DNA of 43,779 bases, taken from IMG/VR virus record IMGVR_UViG_2534681654_000010. One strand, written 5' to 3'. Under the pieces are notes generated by a model. It saw nothing but the letters and a program-made list of their open reading frames with translations. It did not search any database and was not told where the DNA came from. The DNA comes from a virus. Taxonomy: Duplodnaviria; Heunggongvirae; Uroviricota; Caudoviricetes. Positions 17,951-28,501 of this stretch are shown piece by piece (position 1 is the first letter of the stretch; each line of letters opens with the position of its first letter). Position numbers and translations under genes: made by a program.

Positions 17951-19453
17951 TCACAAAATGAAACGGATCTGTGCTGCCAGGAAGCGGAACTGGTTAACCA
18001 GATCCGGCGTGCATAACACGTCAAGACGGTTTCGATCTGACGCATTACGCTCCACAAGCAGATTCTTTTTAAAGGTGTCCAGATTTTCGACCAGCCCGAG
18101 TTCCACCCACTCTTCACCCAGCGAAATTAACTGAAGCTTCATGATCTCCGGCGTCACGATATTCTGACCGGCACGAACGGGCGTCCCGTCATCAGCCAGT
18201 TTATGGCGCGGAAAACGTTGTGTGATAAAAGTACGCAGGGAATAACGCAGCCAGGAGAGGGTGTAGATGGTTTCCACATCCAGATAGCTGGGATCACTTT
18301 CGCCGTACACGTTCTGGCGATACATGGTCACCTGACGTTCGATCTGAACCACATCACCGGCAGCCACACTGACCGTGGCAATCCCTCCCCACAGCAGACT
18401 GTTACGCTCTTCACGCGTCAGACGATCGGCCGGAGCCGGGGCCATGCGTGACGGAAGCGCCAGCGTCTGAAGCGGACGCGCAGGATCTGCTCCCAGAGAG
18501 GGTGCACAGGTGGCACAGACCGCCGCTGCCCAGAGGTAATCCGGTTCAGGGGCTTTGGGAATGGATGTGCAGGTCGCCAGAAAATCATTGCGTTTTGCCC
18601 CGAATGCCTGCACCTCACCAAACGTGCCGGTATGTGCCAGCCACAGCACGCCGTCAGACATTTTGGCCGGTCCCCAGCGTTTCAGAAGCTCATCACTGAT
18701 GATTTTCAGGTTTGCATCATCCTTATAGGGCATGACGACATAGTTGTACTGGCGATCGCCCATACCCGCCACGCTTCGGGTGATATCCGGGTTAGCCGCT
18801 TTTTGTTTCGGATAGGCTATAGCGACCTGTATTCCTTCCGGGGTTGCTTCCCCGTCGTGATAGTTCAGGCGCACATCATGAACGGAGCATTCACCGGTAA
18901 AGCGGGCGGTGATCCCCAGAGACCCTTTCAGACCTGCGCCATTATCACCACTTCCTGCACCAGAGGAGGCCGTGAAGGGCGCGTCAGGATCGGCATTGAT
19001 CAGCGCGGCCAGCTCGTCGGTCAGTTCTTTGCCTTTCTTACCTTTTGGTGCCGGGAGTGTATAACGCCGCCCCCCCACGCAGGCATAAACAATCCCGTCA
19101 CGGGTGACCGTTCCGGTCAGATTCATGGCCGCAGCCGTTGCCTGTCCGGTGCCGTTCCCCTGAGCAATGGCATACAGTTCAGCATCAGGATTGATGGCGA
19201 TAAATTCCGCCACCATCAGGGCAATCATGGAGCCGCGCCCCCAGAGTTCTGTTGCCTGAGACGCACGGGTGATCCTGACCGGAACATCCAGAACACCGGC
19301 ACCGTCCACGGCATTCTCTTTCATTCTCGCCTGACCAAACAGCAGCACACACTGACGCTGTGCCGGAGTGCCGGTGACAGCCATGGAGTTATTAAACTCA
19401 ACCTCAATCAGCGGTATACGGCGGTCATTACCGATCCCGTCAAAATTAATCAT
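17951..19453 (-). CDS. contractile tail sheath protein (Mu L-like)
   Basis: 500 aa, in conserved order upstream of the tube gene. Confidence 0.75.
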   Translation of the reverse strand: MINFDGIGNDRRIPLIEVEFNNSMAVTGTPAQRQCVLLFGQARMKENAVDGAGVLDVPVRITRASQATELWGRGSMIALMVAEFIAINPDAELYAIAQGNGTGQATAAAMNLTGTVTRDGIVYACVGGRRYTLPAPKGKKGKELTDELAALINADPDAPFTASSGAGSGDNGAGLKGSLGITARFTGECSVHDVRLNYHDGEATPEGIQVAIAYPKQKAANPDITRSVAGMGDRQYNYVVMPYKDDANLKIISDELLKRWGPAKMSDGVLWLAHTGTFGEVQAFGAKRNDFLATCTSIPKAPEPDYLWAAAVCATCAPSLGADPARPLQTLALPSRMAPAPADRLTREERNSLLWGGIATVSVAAGDVVQIERQVTMYRQNVYGESDPSYLDVETIYTLSWLRYSLRTFITQRFPRHKLADDGTPVRAGQNIVTPEIMKLQLISLGEEWVELGLVENLDTFKKNLLVERNASDRNRLDVLCTPDLVNQFRFLAAQIRFIL

Positions 19454-19695
19454 TGCGGTTTCTCCTTATCGGATGCCGGTTGGGCGACCGGTTTTTCTGT
19501 CGCAGTCGTTGCATCCGCAGATACAGCCGGAGCCTCTTCAGCGGCTTTTTCAGCCTGAATGACATCGCCGTCATCAAGACGCCGACACCAGAACGGCGTA
19601 AAGGGCTTTTCCTCCCCCTCCTGTGCCAGCGGGCGCATTGTGTCGGGATCACGAATCAGGCGTCCCGGCGCGGGTTTGATAAAGATGGTTTTCAT
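19450..19695 (-). CDS. Mu gp38-like small protein
   Basis: 81 aa, translationally coupled upstream of the sheath gene. Confidence 0.45.
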   Translation of the reverse strand: MKTIFIKPAPGRLIRDPDTMRPLAQEGEEKPFTPFWCRRLDDGDVIQAEKAAEEAPAVSADATTATEKPVAQPASDKEKPQ

Positions 19696-20256
19696 TTACA
19701 GTTCCTCCGGCGGTTCGACCGCCGTTGTCGTGTTCCCCGGCAAATCAATATGTGCCTCAAACGGCGGCGTACCGGGCGGCTCCACAAAGGTTTCGTAATG
19801 ACGCAGGAAGTCGTCCAGCGAGCTGGTATCGGTCAGCGGTGCGATCATTTCCTCGCAGGAGAAATAAAGCGCATACATCACCGCACCACTGTCCGCCTGG
19901 GTTTCGGTGTAACCGTTGACCGCCTTTTCAAAGTAAAGCGGTGAGGTTTTTTCTGTTCTGAAGCCGTTAAGCACGGCAATCAGCCGGGCCACAATCTGAT
20001 ACAGTCCGGGACGGCTGGCCTCACGCCCGTTGAGCATGTCGCCGATGACGTAGAACACCCAGTGACTGACCAGGCGACCACGGGTACGGCCTTCACCGGC
20101 ACCCAGCCAGGCAACGTAGATCGCCGGGGCGTTAATCAGCATGGTGCGCAGTACGCTGTCGCTCCAGTCGCCGGGATGCGTGTCAACAGACACCAGTTCA
20201 TTCCCGAAATACTCACGGATACGGGCGATGTATGCCTGTTCGGTTTCCGTAATCAT
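19696..20256 (-). CDS. Mu gp37-like virion morphogenesis protein
   Basis: 186 aa in the head-tail joining region. Confidence 0.5.
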   Translation of the reverse strand: MITETEQAYIARIREYFGNELVSVDTHPGDWSDSVLRTMLINAPAIYVAWLGAGEGRTRGRLVSHWVFYVIGDMLNGREASRPGLYQIVARLIAVLNGFRTEKTSPLYFEKAVNGYTETQADSGAVMYALYFSCEEMIAPLTDTSSLDDFLRHYETFVEPPGTPPFEAHIDLPGNTTTAVEPPEEL

Positions 20257-20672
20257 ATGAAGCCCTTCTGGTTGCGCCCGAATACCGCTGCATCAGACTG
20301 AACCTGTGGTAAATCCCCGGATTCAGGGGCCGCACCGTTCGTATCCACACCGACCGGCACATTGCCGTTCATGACATCTTTCAGCCAGGCCAGCGCTTCA
20401 CGGTAACGGTCACGCGCCTGATCGGAGGCTCGCTGATCGCACAGGTAATAAAAGGCAATCGCGCAACAGTGCTGAACAAGAACGGCCGGAATAACCTCCA
20501 GCGGCAACGTGTAACGGGCGGACAGATAGCTGTCGATAAGGGCTGACGCATCTGTCAGCGCCCGGTTCAGCTTGCGCGTGTCCGGCTCATCCGAACGGGG
20601 CACAGCCAGTAACGGCCTGAGCAAATCCTCGCGGTAACGCGCCCGCATATCGGTTTCAGTGGCGTAATTCAT
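20253..20672 (-). CDS. Mu gp36-like head-tail connector protein
   Basis: 139 aa, overlapped with neighbours. Confidence 0.5.
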   Translation of the reverse strand: MNYATETDMRARYREDLLRPLLAVPRSDEPDTRKLNRALTDASALIDSYLSARYTLPLEVIPAVLVQHCCAIAFYYLCDQRASDQARDRYREALAWLKDVMNGNVPVGVDTNGAAPESGDLPQVQSDAAVFGRNQKGFI

Positions 20673-21055
20673 GCACGGGCCTGTTCCGCTTTGTTACCGG
20701 TCTTTTTCCGGGGAGCATCCTGTCCGGCTTCGGCTTCGGCTTCGGCTTCGGCTTCGGCTTCGGCTTCGGCTTCGGCTAAATCTGTACCGGCCACTGCATG
20801 AACCACACCCGCCACGCTCCCCGCATCATCAGCAGACGTCTGTAGTATTCGCACAGTGAGGCATGGCTCCTCCTCCAGTCGGGCAAGCTGCTCCGGGGTG
20901 ACCTCAACCTGCTGACGTCCACGCGTGAACAGGAACCCCGCACGACGAAACGCCGAACGACTGCAACGCACTTCTGCCAGCACCGTGACAGAATTGTCAC
21001 CACTGACCTGAAGACCTGAATCATCTGTTGCTGCCACAGTGTGATGTTCATTCAT
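20669..21055 (-). CDS. Mu gp35-like protein with C-terminal (AE)n repeat
   Basis: 128 aa downstream of the major head gene; C-terminus contains AEAEAEAEAEAEAEAEA encoded by a hexanucleotide tandem repeat. Confidence 0.5.
   Translation of the reverse strand: MNEHHTVAATDDSGLQVSGDNSVTVLAEVRCSRSAFRRAGFLFTRGRQQVEVTPEQLARLEEEPCLTVRILQTSADDAGSVAGVVHAVAGTDLAEAEAEAEAEAEAEAEAGQDAPRKKTGNKAEQARA
20726..20776. repeat. hexanucleotide tandem repeat (GGCTTC) x8.5, in frame within a CDS
   Basis: Perfect repeats read directly from the sequence; encode alternating Ala-Glu on the minus strand. Confidence 0.9.
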
Positions 21056-21098
21056 ATTTGCCCTCCGCAGGGGCCGGGCCGTAAGCCCGGCTCACCGT

Positions 21099-22046
21099 TT
21101 ACAGATAATCCGCGACAACCAGCTCCAGCTTACCCTTCATCTCGTTAGAGACGGTTGCGTTTCCGTCTGCGAACAGTTCACGCTCCAGCAGCTGCACCGC
21201 CTGTTTTTCCAGCGAGGTGGGGACAACAATATGGGTGGGTTTAATGCCGAGTTTGCGGCCACCGTCAGCGGTAAATTCGCGCATGGCTGACCAGCCGTGC
21301 CACAGTGCATCCAGCGTCAGCGGTGACTGCATCATGTAGGCCATCTGCCAGAAGCCGTAGCCCACATTGCGACGGGCGGATGCACCAAACACAAATTCGT
21401 TATCGGTGAATGCGCGACCTTCATCGACTTTGGTCTGGGCAACCAGTTCAGCCTTACGGCGATCCTGATAAATCAGCGGTTTTACCGCGCGGGAGCAGTC
21501 AAGCAGATACCAGGCCGGACCGCTGTAATCAGCCTGTGCGCCGACAGAGCCGGTTTTTGCCACAAACATATTGCTGACCATCTGCGCATCCCCGGAGCCA
21601 TCCACTTTGGGGTAAACCGGATGTTCGGTATCAAAGAAGTTCTGACCGTCATAGCAGGCCGCACTGATCCCGTCACGCAGGGCAGCAAAGACCAGCTCAT
21701 CCGGTTGTACCGCCGCAGCGCGCCCCATCTCCTGGAACAACGGGGAATAAATACCGAGGTTGTCGTCTTCGAAGTCATCGCGGCTAATGGCGACAGTGCC
21801 TTCAAAAGTTTTGTTCACGATGGCATAGCCATAGGCTTTCATCTTCTCGATGACGCGGGAGCCGATCCACTCACGGAACTGCGGGAACTGCCCCAGCCAG
21901 CCGTAGGTGTTGGATTTCGATGTGGAGGGCACGGTCATCGCAATTTTTTTATACTGCGACGGGGCCATGGACATCCCGGCCTGAAAATCAGAACGGTAGC
22001 CCGTCATCAGGGCTGTGATCATCGCCGGTGTAATCGGGGTAGGCAT
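21099..22046 (-). CDS. major head subunit (Mu T-like)
   Basis: 315 aa; position and sequence character match the Mu major capsid protein. Confidence 0.75.
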   Translation of the reverse strand: MPTPITPAMITALMTGYRSDFQAGMSMAPSQYKKIAMTVPSTSKSNTYGWLGQFPQFREWIGSRVIEKMKAYGYAIVNKTFEGTVAISRDDFEDDNLGIYSPLFQEMGRAAAVQPDELVFAALRDGISAACYDGQNFFDTEHPVYPKVDGSGDAQMVSNMFVAKTGSVGAQADYSGPAWYLLDCSRAVKPLIYQDRRKAELVAQTKVDEGRAFTDNEFVFGASARRNVGYGFWQMAYMMQSPLTLDALWHGWSAMREFTADGGRKLGIKPTHIVVPTSLEKQAVQLLERELFADGNATVSNEMKGKLELVVADYL

Positions 22047-23170
22047 TATTGCATTTCCTCTTTCATTTTCAGGAACTCGGCTTCGGTTTTACCCAGCAGT
22101 TTGGCGGCCGCGATATCTTCAGCCGACAGCGCAGCGGTGGCAGTCTTTTTATCCGGCACGGTCACGGTGTCGGTCTGAAGAGAGGTCAGGGCCGCAACCG
22201 GCTGGCGGGCGTCAAGCTGTGCAGAAAGTGCCGCAACGCCAATCTGCCCGCCCAGTTGTTCCAGATAGCCGCGTTCGCTTTTGAAGATGCGCCCTTCGGA
22301 TTCAGCCTTGTCCAGCACCTGCTCCAGCGTGGTGCTGCCGTGCTGCGCCGACAGCGCAACGTATTCGGTACGCAGGGCGTTATACGTTTCAACGGGCACG
22401 TATTTCGTCAGATCAATAATGCCGCCAGCCGGTGTGCCTTTTGCGGTTTCCAGCTCTGCCGACAGACTGGCGACCTGTGTTTTCAGGTTGTCGTGTGCAT
22501 CCGCACGGGTTTTGATCCCGGTGAGGGCAGACAGCGCCGCCGTGCCCAGCTCCGGCGTAAATTCGTCACCGTCAGCCACGGTCAGACCGAGCGCCGTCAG
22601 CAACTGGCGTAATTGCTCATTCATGGAGGTATCCTTTAAAGGAGGGTTTAAGGCGTTATAAAGGTCATCCGCCGACAGTGCGGCGACAGGATTCATGCCG
22701 GTCAGACCGGGGTCACCGGTAATAGCCAGCATCCGAAGTTCGACAGGTTCGCCGGTGCTCTCGTCATAGCCAATCACCGGTGAAAACCAGGGGAATTCGT
22801 TATTACGCAGATGTTCAAGGGCCGGAGGGTTCCACTTCGGGCGCACCTCGAAACCTCGCTCTTCACTGAAGCGAAAATTCTCCGGTGAGGCCATCACAAA
22901 ACCGGCAGCCGGTGCCGGATGTCCCTCAATCAGGGTCTGGTGGTTGTAGTCAATTTTCACCGGCTGATTGAGCGCCACAACACGGGAGACCATGCGCTCA
23001 ACGGCTGCATGGTTGATCAGCCAGCCTTCCGCCGGTTTTTCCGGGCGACCGTCACGGGCCTTTACCCGACCGGCTGGCATGATCTGACACCAGTCACCGT
23101 CCCCGTCTGCGGACAGGCTGATGGCATTCAGAATGGCATAAGCAAGTTTGGGCGTGTTTTTCGTCTTCAT
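22046..23170 (-). CDS. head maturation protease / scaffold (Mu I-like)
   Basis: 374 aa immediately upstream of the major head gene. Confidence 0.65.
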   Translation of the reverse strand: MKTKNTPKLAYAILNAISLSADGDGDWCQIMPAGRVKARDGRPEKPAEGWLINHAAVERMVSRVVALNQPVKIDYNHQTLIEGHPAPAAGFVMASPENFRFSEERGFEVRPKWNPPALEHLRNNEFPWFSPVIGYDESTGEPVELRMLAITGDPGLTGMNPVAALSADDLYNALNPPLKDTSMNEQLRQLLTALGLTVADGDEFTPELGTAALSALTGIKTRADAHDNLKTQVASLSAELETAKGTPAGGIIDLTKYVPVETYNALRTEYVALSAQHGSTTLEQVLDKAESEGRIFKSERGYLEQLGGQIGVAALSAQLDARQPVAALTSLQTDTVTVPDKKTATAALSAEDIAAAKLLGKTEAEFLKMKEEMQ

Positions 23171-23346
23171 TCCGGCAGCATAGGCCGGGAATTTTCAGGG
23201 CGGGTTTTGCGGGATTTCAGGAAGTGCTTCCAGGGGAAAAATACAAAGGCGCTTCACGCAGATTTTAAAGCCCGTTAAATACAGGTTAGAAAATCACGAC
23301 ACGCGCCTGAAGGGGGTAAGGTAATGCATTTGCATACCTTAAACAA

Positions 23347-23820
23347 TTAAGGCGTTTCTGTGGCCTTTTTAAAGCGTTTTCTGATTTCGTCCATGATCTC
23401 CTGCTCTGCCACCTGATCAAAACCCATATACGGACGTGCACCAATGGCCGCCGGTCCAGGCGGCATACCTGGCAGGCCACCCCACTGATGAATGGCCGCA
23501 TAAGGCTCATTTGATCCAATCAGCGCCCAGGTATCGCCATAATCCGTGGTCAGGCGTCGGGCCAGATCGCCGTTCAGCGTCAGGATTTTGCCGGGCATGT
23601 TTCCCTTACGGGTACGCCACTTGCGGTAAGGATCTGACCAGTCATGCCAGCGTTCGCCGTCCGGCTCTTTTTCCTGTTCAAACGCCATTTCTGACGATGA
23701 CAGAAGGCTGGACGCCACACTGCGGGCCAGGTCTTTTCCACCACCCACAAACTGAAGCCGGGCAAAGACCCGCTGGAGACGCGCAACGTCCACCACCACG
23801 GCTGCATCGATGGATGACAT
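23347..23820 (-). CDS. virion morphogenesis protein (Mu G-like)
   Basis: 157 aa between the F-like and I-like genes. Confidence 0.5.
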   Translation of the reverse strand: MSSIDAAVVVDVARLQRVFARLQFVGGGKDLARSVASSLLSSSEMAFEQEKEPDGERWHDWSDPYRKWRTRKGNMPGKILTLNGDLARRLTTDYGDTWALIGSNEPYAAIHQWGGLPGMPPGPAAIGARPYMGFDQVAEQEIMDEIRKRFKKATETP

Positions 23821-23938
23821 GTTGCCTCCTTAAAACTATCTGATTAAAATAAATACAGGCCGGTGTACTCTTAACTGGTAAAGCGGCATAAACCCTCAGG
23901 GGTCATATGTTTATGCGGGTTCGACCCCCGTCACCGGC

Positions 23939-25264
23939 TTACAATTTACCTTCCAGTAGTTCCAGCTTTCCGCCCTCTATTGCTTTTTCAATATCAAATT
24001 TATTTACCCGGTAAGCATTAATTACCACATCCAGCTTATCCGGCTGGCGCTTCACACCATAAGGCGCATTGACGGCAATCTTTGCCGTTCCGTCACGGGT
24101 TTCAGTGATGTAAAGCAGGTTCTGATGGACATGATCCCACAGCACGGCATCGGGGGCAGCCAGCATGGCGGGAAGCTGCGCGAAATCCTCCGGCGTCAGG
24201 GCGATACCGTCATTCTGATGTTTCACACTGTCCGCATGGAGCACATTTTTACCGCTCATCGCCAGCAGGCGGGCCGGTGGCGTTCCTGTCCGGCTTTCCA
24301 CTGCCTGCGCAATACTTTCGGTCATAAAGCCCAGCGTGCGGATATCGTGACCACCGCGCCGGGTTTTCATGATATTTTTTGCCCAGATGCGGAACGCCAG
24401 CTGCCGCTCCGGGCTGTTGTTCATCTCCTGAACCACCATTTCCCGTAACGCCGGGCTTTTCACCTCGATCAGTTTACGGATCAGCGCCTGGTCTGTGCCG
24501 AACGCCGCCGAACCGGGGTTATATGACCAGCCCACATCCGGTGTCATGGTTCTGGTGCCATCTGAATATGTGGTCACCGGCATTTCTCTGACTTCTCCGG
24601 TCTGTTTATCCACGCCAGCCTCAACATTGCGGGTGGAGAGATGATCCTCACCGGATGAAACGGATAACCCCATTGCAACCAGACGGGCCTGAGACAATGG
24701 CCGCACACGGCAGCGGCAGTTCCAGCCATTGGGTGGGTAGTGTGTTTTCCAGAACGGATCATCATAGCGGAATACCAGACCGTTAAGGGTGGAATGCGAC
24801 GGGCGGGTACGGCTGTCCATGACCGCCACATACTGCCAGAACGGATGCGTGTCCGTGTTGTTCATCATCTGCGTGTAACGCCCGGCATTGTAAGCCACGC
24901 GGGTGTTCACGTTGTAAATCAGCGCCAGACGGCGGGGACTGCCCAGCTGTACTTCTTCTGCGTTACCGGCGCTGTCCACCACAATCTGCTTCCCCCACCA
25001 TCCCAGCTTTTGCAGGCGGGGTGTCAGTGTGCGGATAAATGCTTTCTGTGAAATCCCCTCATCAATGGCCCGTTGCACTTCCGCCTGTAGTGTGGTCAGT
25101 ACGTCCAGGCGTGCCGCTTTTGCCGCCGTGAACGATCGGGCATGAACATCTGCGTCTGTTTCGAACCAGTTCCAGCTGATATGCGCCCCTTTGGCGCGGA
25201 AGTATGCCACCGCCTCTTTTGAGGGAAGGGTGGCGGCATAACCTAAATCAATCCCCTGTGCCAT
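23939..25264 (-). CDS. head morphogenesis protein (Mu F-like minor head protein)
   Basis: 441 aa directly downstream of the portal gene. Confidence 0.65.
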   Translation of the reverse strand: MAQGIDLGYAATLPSKEAVAYFRAKGAHISWNWFETDADVHARSFTAAKAARLDVLTTLQAEVQRAIDEGISQKAFIRTLTPRLQKLGWWGKQIVVDSAGNAEEVQLGSPRRLALIYNVNTRVAYNAGRYTQMMNNTDTHPFWQYVAVMDSRTRPSHSTLNGLVFRYDDPFWKTHYPPNGWNCRCRVRPLSQARLVAMGLSVSSGEDHLSTRNVEAGVDKQTGEVREMPVTTYSDGTRTMTPDVGWSYNPGSAAFGTDQALIRKLIEVKSPALREMVVQEMNNSPERQLAFRIWAKNIMKTRRGGHDIRTLGFMTESIAQAVESRTGTPPARLLAMSGKNVLHADSVKHQNDGIALTPEDFAQLPAMLAAPDAVLWDHVHQNLLYITETRDGTAKIAVNAPYGVKRQPDKLDVVINAYRVNKFDIEKAIEGGKLELLEGKL

Positions 25265-26846
25265 CCAGCATCCCCTTCATTTCCGCAGCAAACATGGCAT
25301 CACTGAGCAGCGTCATCAGGCGGGAATCATCCATTTCACGGTAAAGGGCAGGCAGGTCTGCCAGCGCATCCGCCAGCCCCCGCGTTCTGATGGCATCAAT
25401 GACCGGCTCCAGCAGCGGGTCGATAGCGTCCTGTAACCGGCGGGCAGGCACCGCATCCCCCATATCGTCCAGTTCATCACGGGGGCTGCTTTTCGCTTCC
25501 GGCAGTCGGGCTGACAGCGCCGTCTGCTCTGTCTTCTCCTGTTTTTCCGGTGGCATCTCTTTGTCTGTCTGAGCAGGTTCATTGCCACTCTGACGGACAC
25601 GGAAGATGGCTTCACCGGGGGCAGGCTGTGGAATACCGGTCTGGTCCCGTACCCAGGGATCAGGAATATCCATCCCCGTACTGAGCTGCATCACCGCACT
25701 GGTGATTTTGGTGATATCCCCCGGCTCTTTTGTCTGGAAACAGATACGCGGCAGGCGACGGATATCTATGGCGTGGGCGGTGTTCAGGGCATACAGCGGA
25801 TACACCAGATCGCGGTTCAGCGTGGCGGCCAGCTGACGTAAATCAGAATCCCTGATTTCCCGGCGCACCTCGTTATGCACCTCACCCAGTGAGCGCGCGC
25901 CTTTGTCTCCGGCTTCCGTGGTCAGCGTGCCGCCGAGGATAGCTTTGGAGATGGAACGCTCCCCCCACGAAATCATGGTTTCAAACGGATCGGCCTGACC
26001 GTTCGCGGCTACCTGAAACTCCAGCGACATCCCGGCCGGGATGATCCCGCCTGTACGTCGCCCGATATCCATCACCGCCCGCATCAGGGCGCTTTTCTGC
26101 TCCGATGTTGCCCCGGACGGGTATTTACCGACCTTCATCGGCAGGCCGTACACCTCCAGAAATTCAGCCAGATCGCGCACGGAATAGTTTTTGAAAATGA
26201 ACGGCCAGATAAGCGTTCTGACAAGCCCCGTCGCACCACCGTAACCGGTGCGTGAACGTGACTGATGCACTACCCAGCCAAAGGGCTGAAACGCCACCCC
26301 GGCATGGCTGCCGTCACGCAGCCGCAGTTCGCTCAAATCATCCGGGTTAAGGCAGAAATGCCCGCTGTCACGCCAGCGGATGGCGCGGATGATGTGCATT
26401 TTACCGAGCATCCCGTGCTCAATCTCCATGCAGGAATAGCCCTTCAGGATGGCATCCGTGGCGTCAAACAGCATGGCATCAAACCAGTCGGCGGAATGCA
26501 GATATTCGTCGAGCATTTCCGCGTCCTTTTTCTCATTCGCGCTGGCGTTCGGTGGCGGCTCAATACTCCAGGGCACGCTCTGAATGGCAAGACGTCGCTT
26601 GCCCAGCTCTGCAAAAAGGTGGGTATCCTTTTCTTCAATGTCAGCCGCCAGATCGGACTGGGCAATCAGATCGCCACGTTCAGCCCCGCGAAGGCACTGC
26701 GCCGCCCGGTTCGGGGTGATACCCGAGGCCGGATGTTCAATATAACGGCTGGCAATCTGCGGAATATCCAGCACGGCACTCTGCATCTCCGGGTCAAAGG
26801 AGAAAGGTTTTCCGTCAAGATCAATTATGCGTCCCACTACCAGCAC
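25248..26846 (-). CDS. portal protein (Mu gp29-like)
   Basis: 532 aa directly downstream of the terminase large subunit. Confidence 0.7.
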   Translation of the reverse strand: MLVVGRIIDLDGKPFSFDPEMQSAVLDIPQIASRYIEHPASGITPNRAAQCLRGAERGDLIAQSDLAADIEEKDTHLFAELGKRRLAIQSVPWSIEPPPNASANEKKDAEMLDEYLHSADWFDAMLFDATDAILKGYSCMEIEHGMLGKMHIIRAIRWRDSGHFCLNPDDLSELRLRDGSHAGVAFQPFGWVVHQSRSRTGYGGATGLVRTLIWPFIFKNYSVRDLAEFLEVYGLPMKVGKYPSGATSEQKSALMRAVMDIGRRTGGIIPAGMSLEFQVAANGQADPFETMISWGERSISKAILGGTLTTEAGDKGARSLGEVHNEVRREIRDSDLRQLAATLNRDLVYPLYALNTAHAIDIRRLPRICFQTKEPGDITKITSAVMQLSTGMDIPDPWVRDQTGIPQPAPGEAIFRVRQSGNEPAQTDKEMPPEKQEKTEQTALSARLPEAKSSPRDELDDMGDAVPARRLQDAIDPLLEPVIDAIRTRGLADALADLPALYREMDDSRLMTLLSDAMFAAEMKGMLDGTGD

Positions 26847-28501
26847 CCCCGATCAAATTCATGATATGCCTCATCGTCATCACGATAACCGCCCTCCATT
26901 GCCCGCGACCGCTCCGGCAGCGCCTGACAGGCTGATTCATCCAGGATGAAGCCCTCCATGTATGACGCCCGGTTTGCCATACAGAGCGCCACGGCAAAAT
27001 CACCATGGCGGCGGGCGTTCACAGCCGTTGCGTTCTGGTCCTTCGTACGCCCCTTGTCGATTTGCGGGATACCGTTCACCACCTTCACATGGCGCAAATC
27101 ATCAAGCGTGGTCTGATGGCGGGCGACGAGGATATTCTGATCCTCAAACTCGGCCTTCAGTTTTGGCATCCACTCACCGTACCACTTCGGCGATAACATC
27201 ACGCAGTCGATGATGTCCGGGCCAAAGGCCAGCAGCGCGGCTTCGGCCAGATAGCCGCCGTTACCGGTGGCGTCGAACGCCGCACCGACCAGCGCCGGAA
27301 CGCGGGTCAGGATGTACATCATCACCTGCTCCTGCTGGGCATACGGCAGGTTGCGCAGCTCCACGCGAAACACCTCGCGTTTTGCCAGGGATTCAGTGAT
27401 TTCCAGCAGCACAAAGCAGGACAGGTCACCGGTGCGGGCAAAGTCTTCCCCGAAGCTGAAGCGGGAACGGGGATTTAACGCCTCTAAAAGCGGTTTTAAA
27501 TGTTCTTCACACCAGGTTAAAACTTCCGATTCACGCAGCCATGCGGCACGGCTGATGAAGTCGTCCGGGGCTTCAAACGTCAGAATCGGGATGTCGCGGA
27601 GCATCGCCATTTCAATAAGCGCGTGAGGAATATAGGCACCGCCGGATTTTTTCGGGATACAGCCGTATTCCTCGTCGGCATCCTCACGGGTCGGGGCGTT
27701 TTTGTAGAGATCATCACGCCACTTCTGCTCGCTTTCCGGTGACCATTCGCGGCCGGTGACATAACAGATACGACGGTACAGCCCGTCCGCAATGGCATCA
27801 TCCAGGGTAATGCGGTGGACGCTGTAATCCTTGCGCCCTTCGCGGGCTTCCTGAATGTACTGATTAAACAGATTATCGACGCCGTTATGCGTGGAGATAA
27901 TACGCACGCGCGCGCCCCACATGGTAAGCGCCATTGCCGCCTTGAGAAGCTCATCCAGTGACTCGTGGAACGCGGCTTCATCAATCACCACATCCCCCTG
28001 AAGGCCGCGCAGGTTTGACGGACGGGAAGACAGTGCCTGAATTTTGAATCCACTGTTCGGAAAGCGGATCATGTAGGTCAGAATTTCTTCTTTTTTATCC
28101 CGATCCCAGAAGGTCTGCTCATACACATCAGCATCTGCCAGCTGGTTAAAGGCACGGGAGAACAGTGCACAGGCAGAAATATATTCCAGCGCCATCTCCT
28201 GCTTTGACCCCACATAAAACACATTGCGGCCACCACGCCGCTTCGGTTTTGCAGCGGTAATGACGTTACGCCCGGCTTCCGCCCAGGTAAGCCCGGTGCG
28301 GCGGGATTTTTCCGCGATGCAGACCTCGCTTTCATCCTCAAACCAGCGGGCCTGATAATCCAGAAACACCGGCATATCACCGGGCAAATCAAGGCTGTCC
28401 GGCACATCCACGCCCAGCAGGGCTTTTTCACCGGCCAGATCAATTTTGCGGGTGGAGACGGTATTCGTCAGTAAGGGTGAGAGTTCTTCGGCGTTATTCA
28501 T
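26837..28501 (-). CDS. terminase large subunit (Mu gp28-like)
   Basis: 554 aa with ATPase and nuclease-like regions; upstream of portal. Confidence 0.8.
   Translation of the reverse strand: MNNAEELSPLLTNTVSTRKIDLAGEKALLGVDVPDSLDLPGDMPVFLDYQARWFEDESEVCIAEKSRRTGLTWAEAGRNVITAAKPKRRGGRNVFYVGSKQEMALEYISACALFSRAFNQLADADVYEQTFWDRDKKEEILTYMIRFPNSGFKIQALSSRPSNLRGLQGDVVIDEAAFHESLDELLKAAMALTMWGARVRIISTHNGVDNLFNQYIQEAREGRKDYSVHRITLDDAIADGLYRRICYVTGREWSPESEQKWRDDLYKNAPTREDADEEYGCIPKKSGGAYIPHALIEMAMLRDIPILTFEAPDDFISRAAWLRESEVLTWCEEHLKPLLEALNPRSRFSFGEDFARTGDLSCFVLLEITESLAKREVFRVELRNLPYAQQEQVMMYILTRVPALVGAAFDATGNGGYLAEAALLAFGPDIIDCVMLSPKWYGEWMPKLKAEFEDQNILVARHQTTLDDLRHVKVVNGIPQIDKGRTKDQNATAVNARRHGDFAVALCMANRASYMEGFILDESACQALPERSRAMEGGYRDDDEAYHEFDRGCW

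Noticed and set aside
20726-20776. Tandem repeat considered as a CRISPR array or regulatory repeat
   Set aside because: 6-bp units with no spacers, in frame inside a CDS; it is a coding microsatellite, not a CRISPR.
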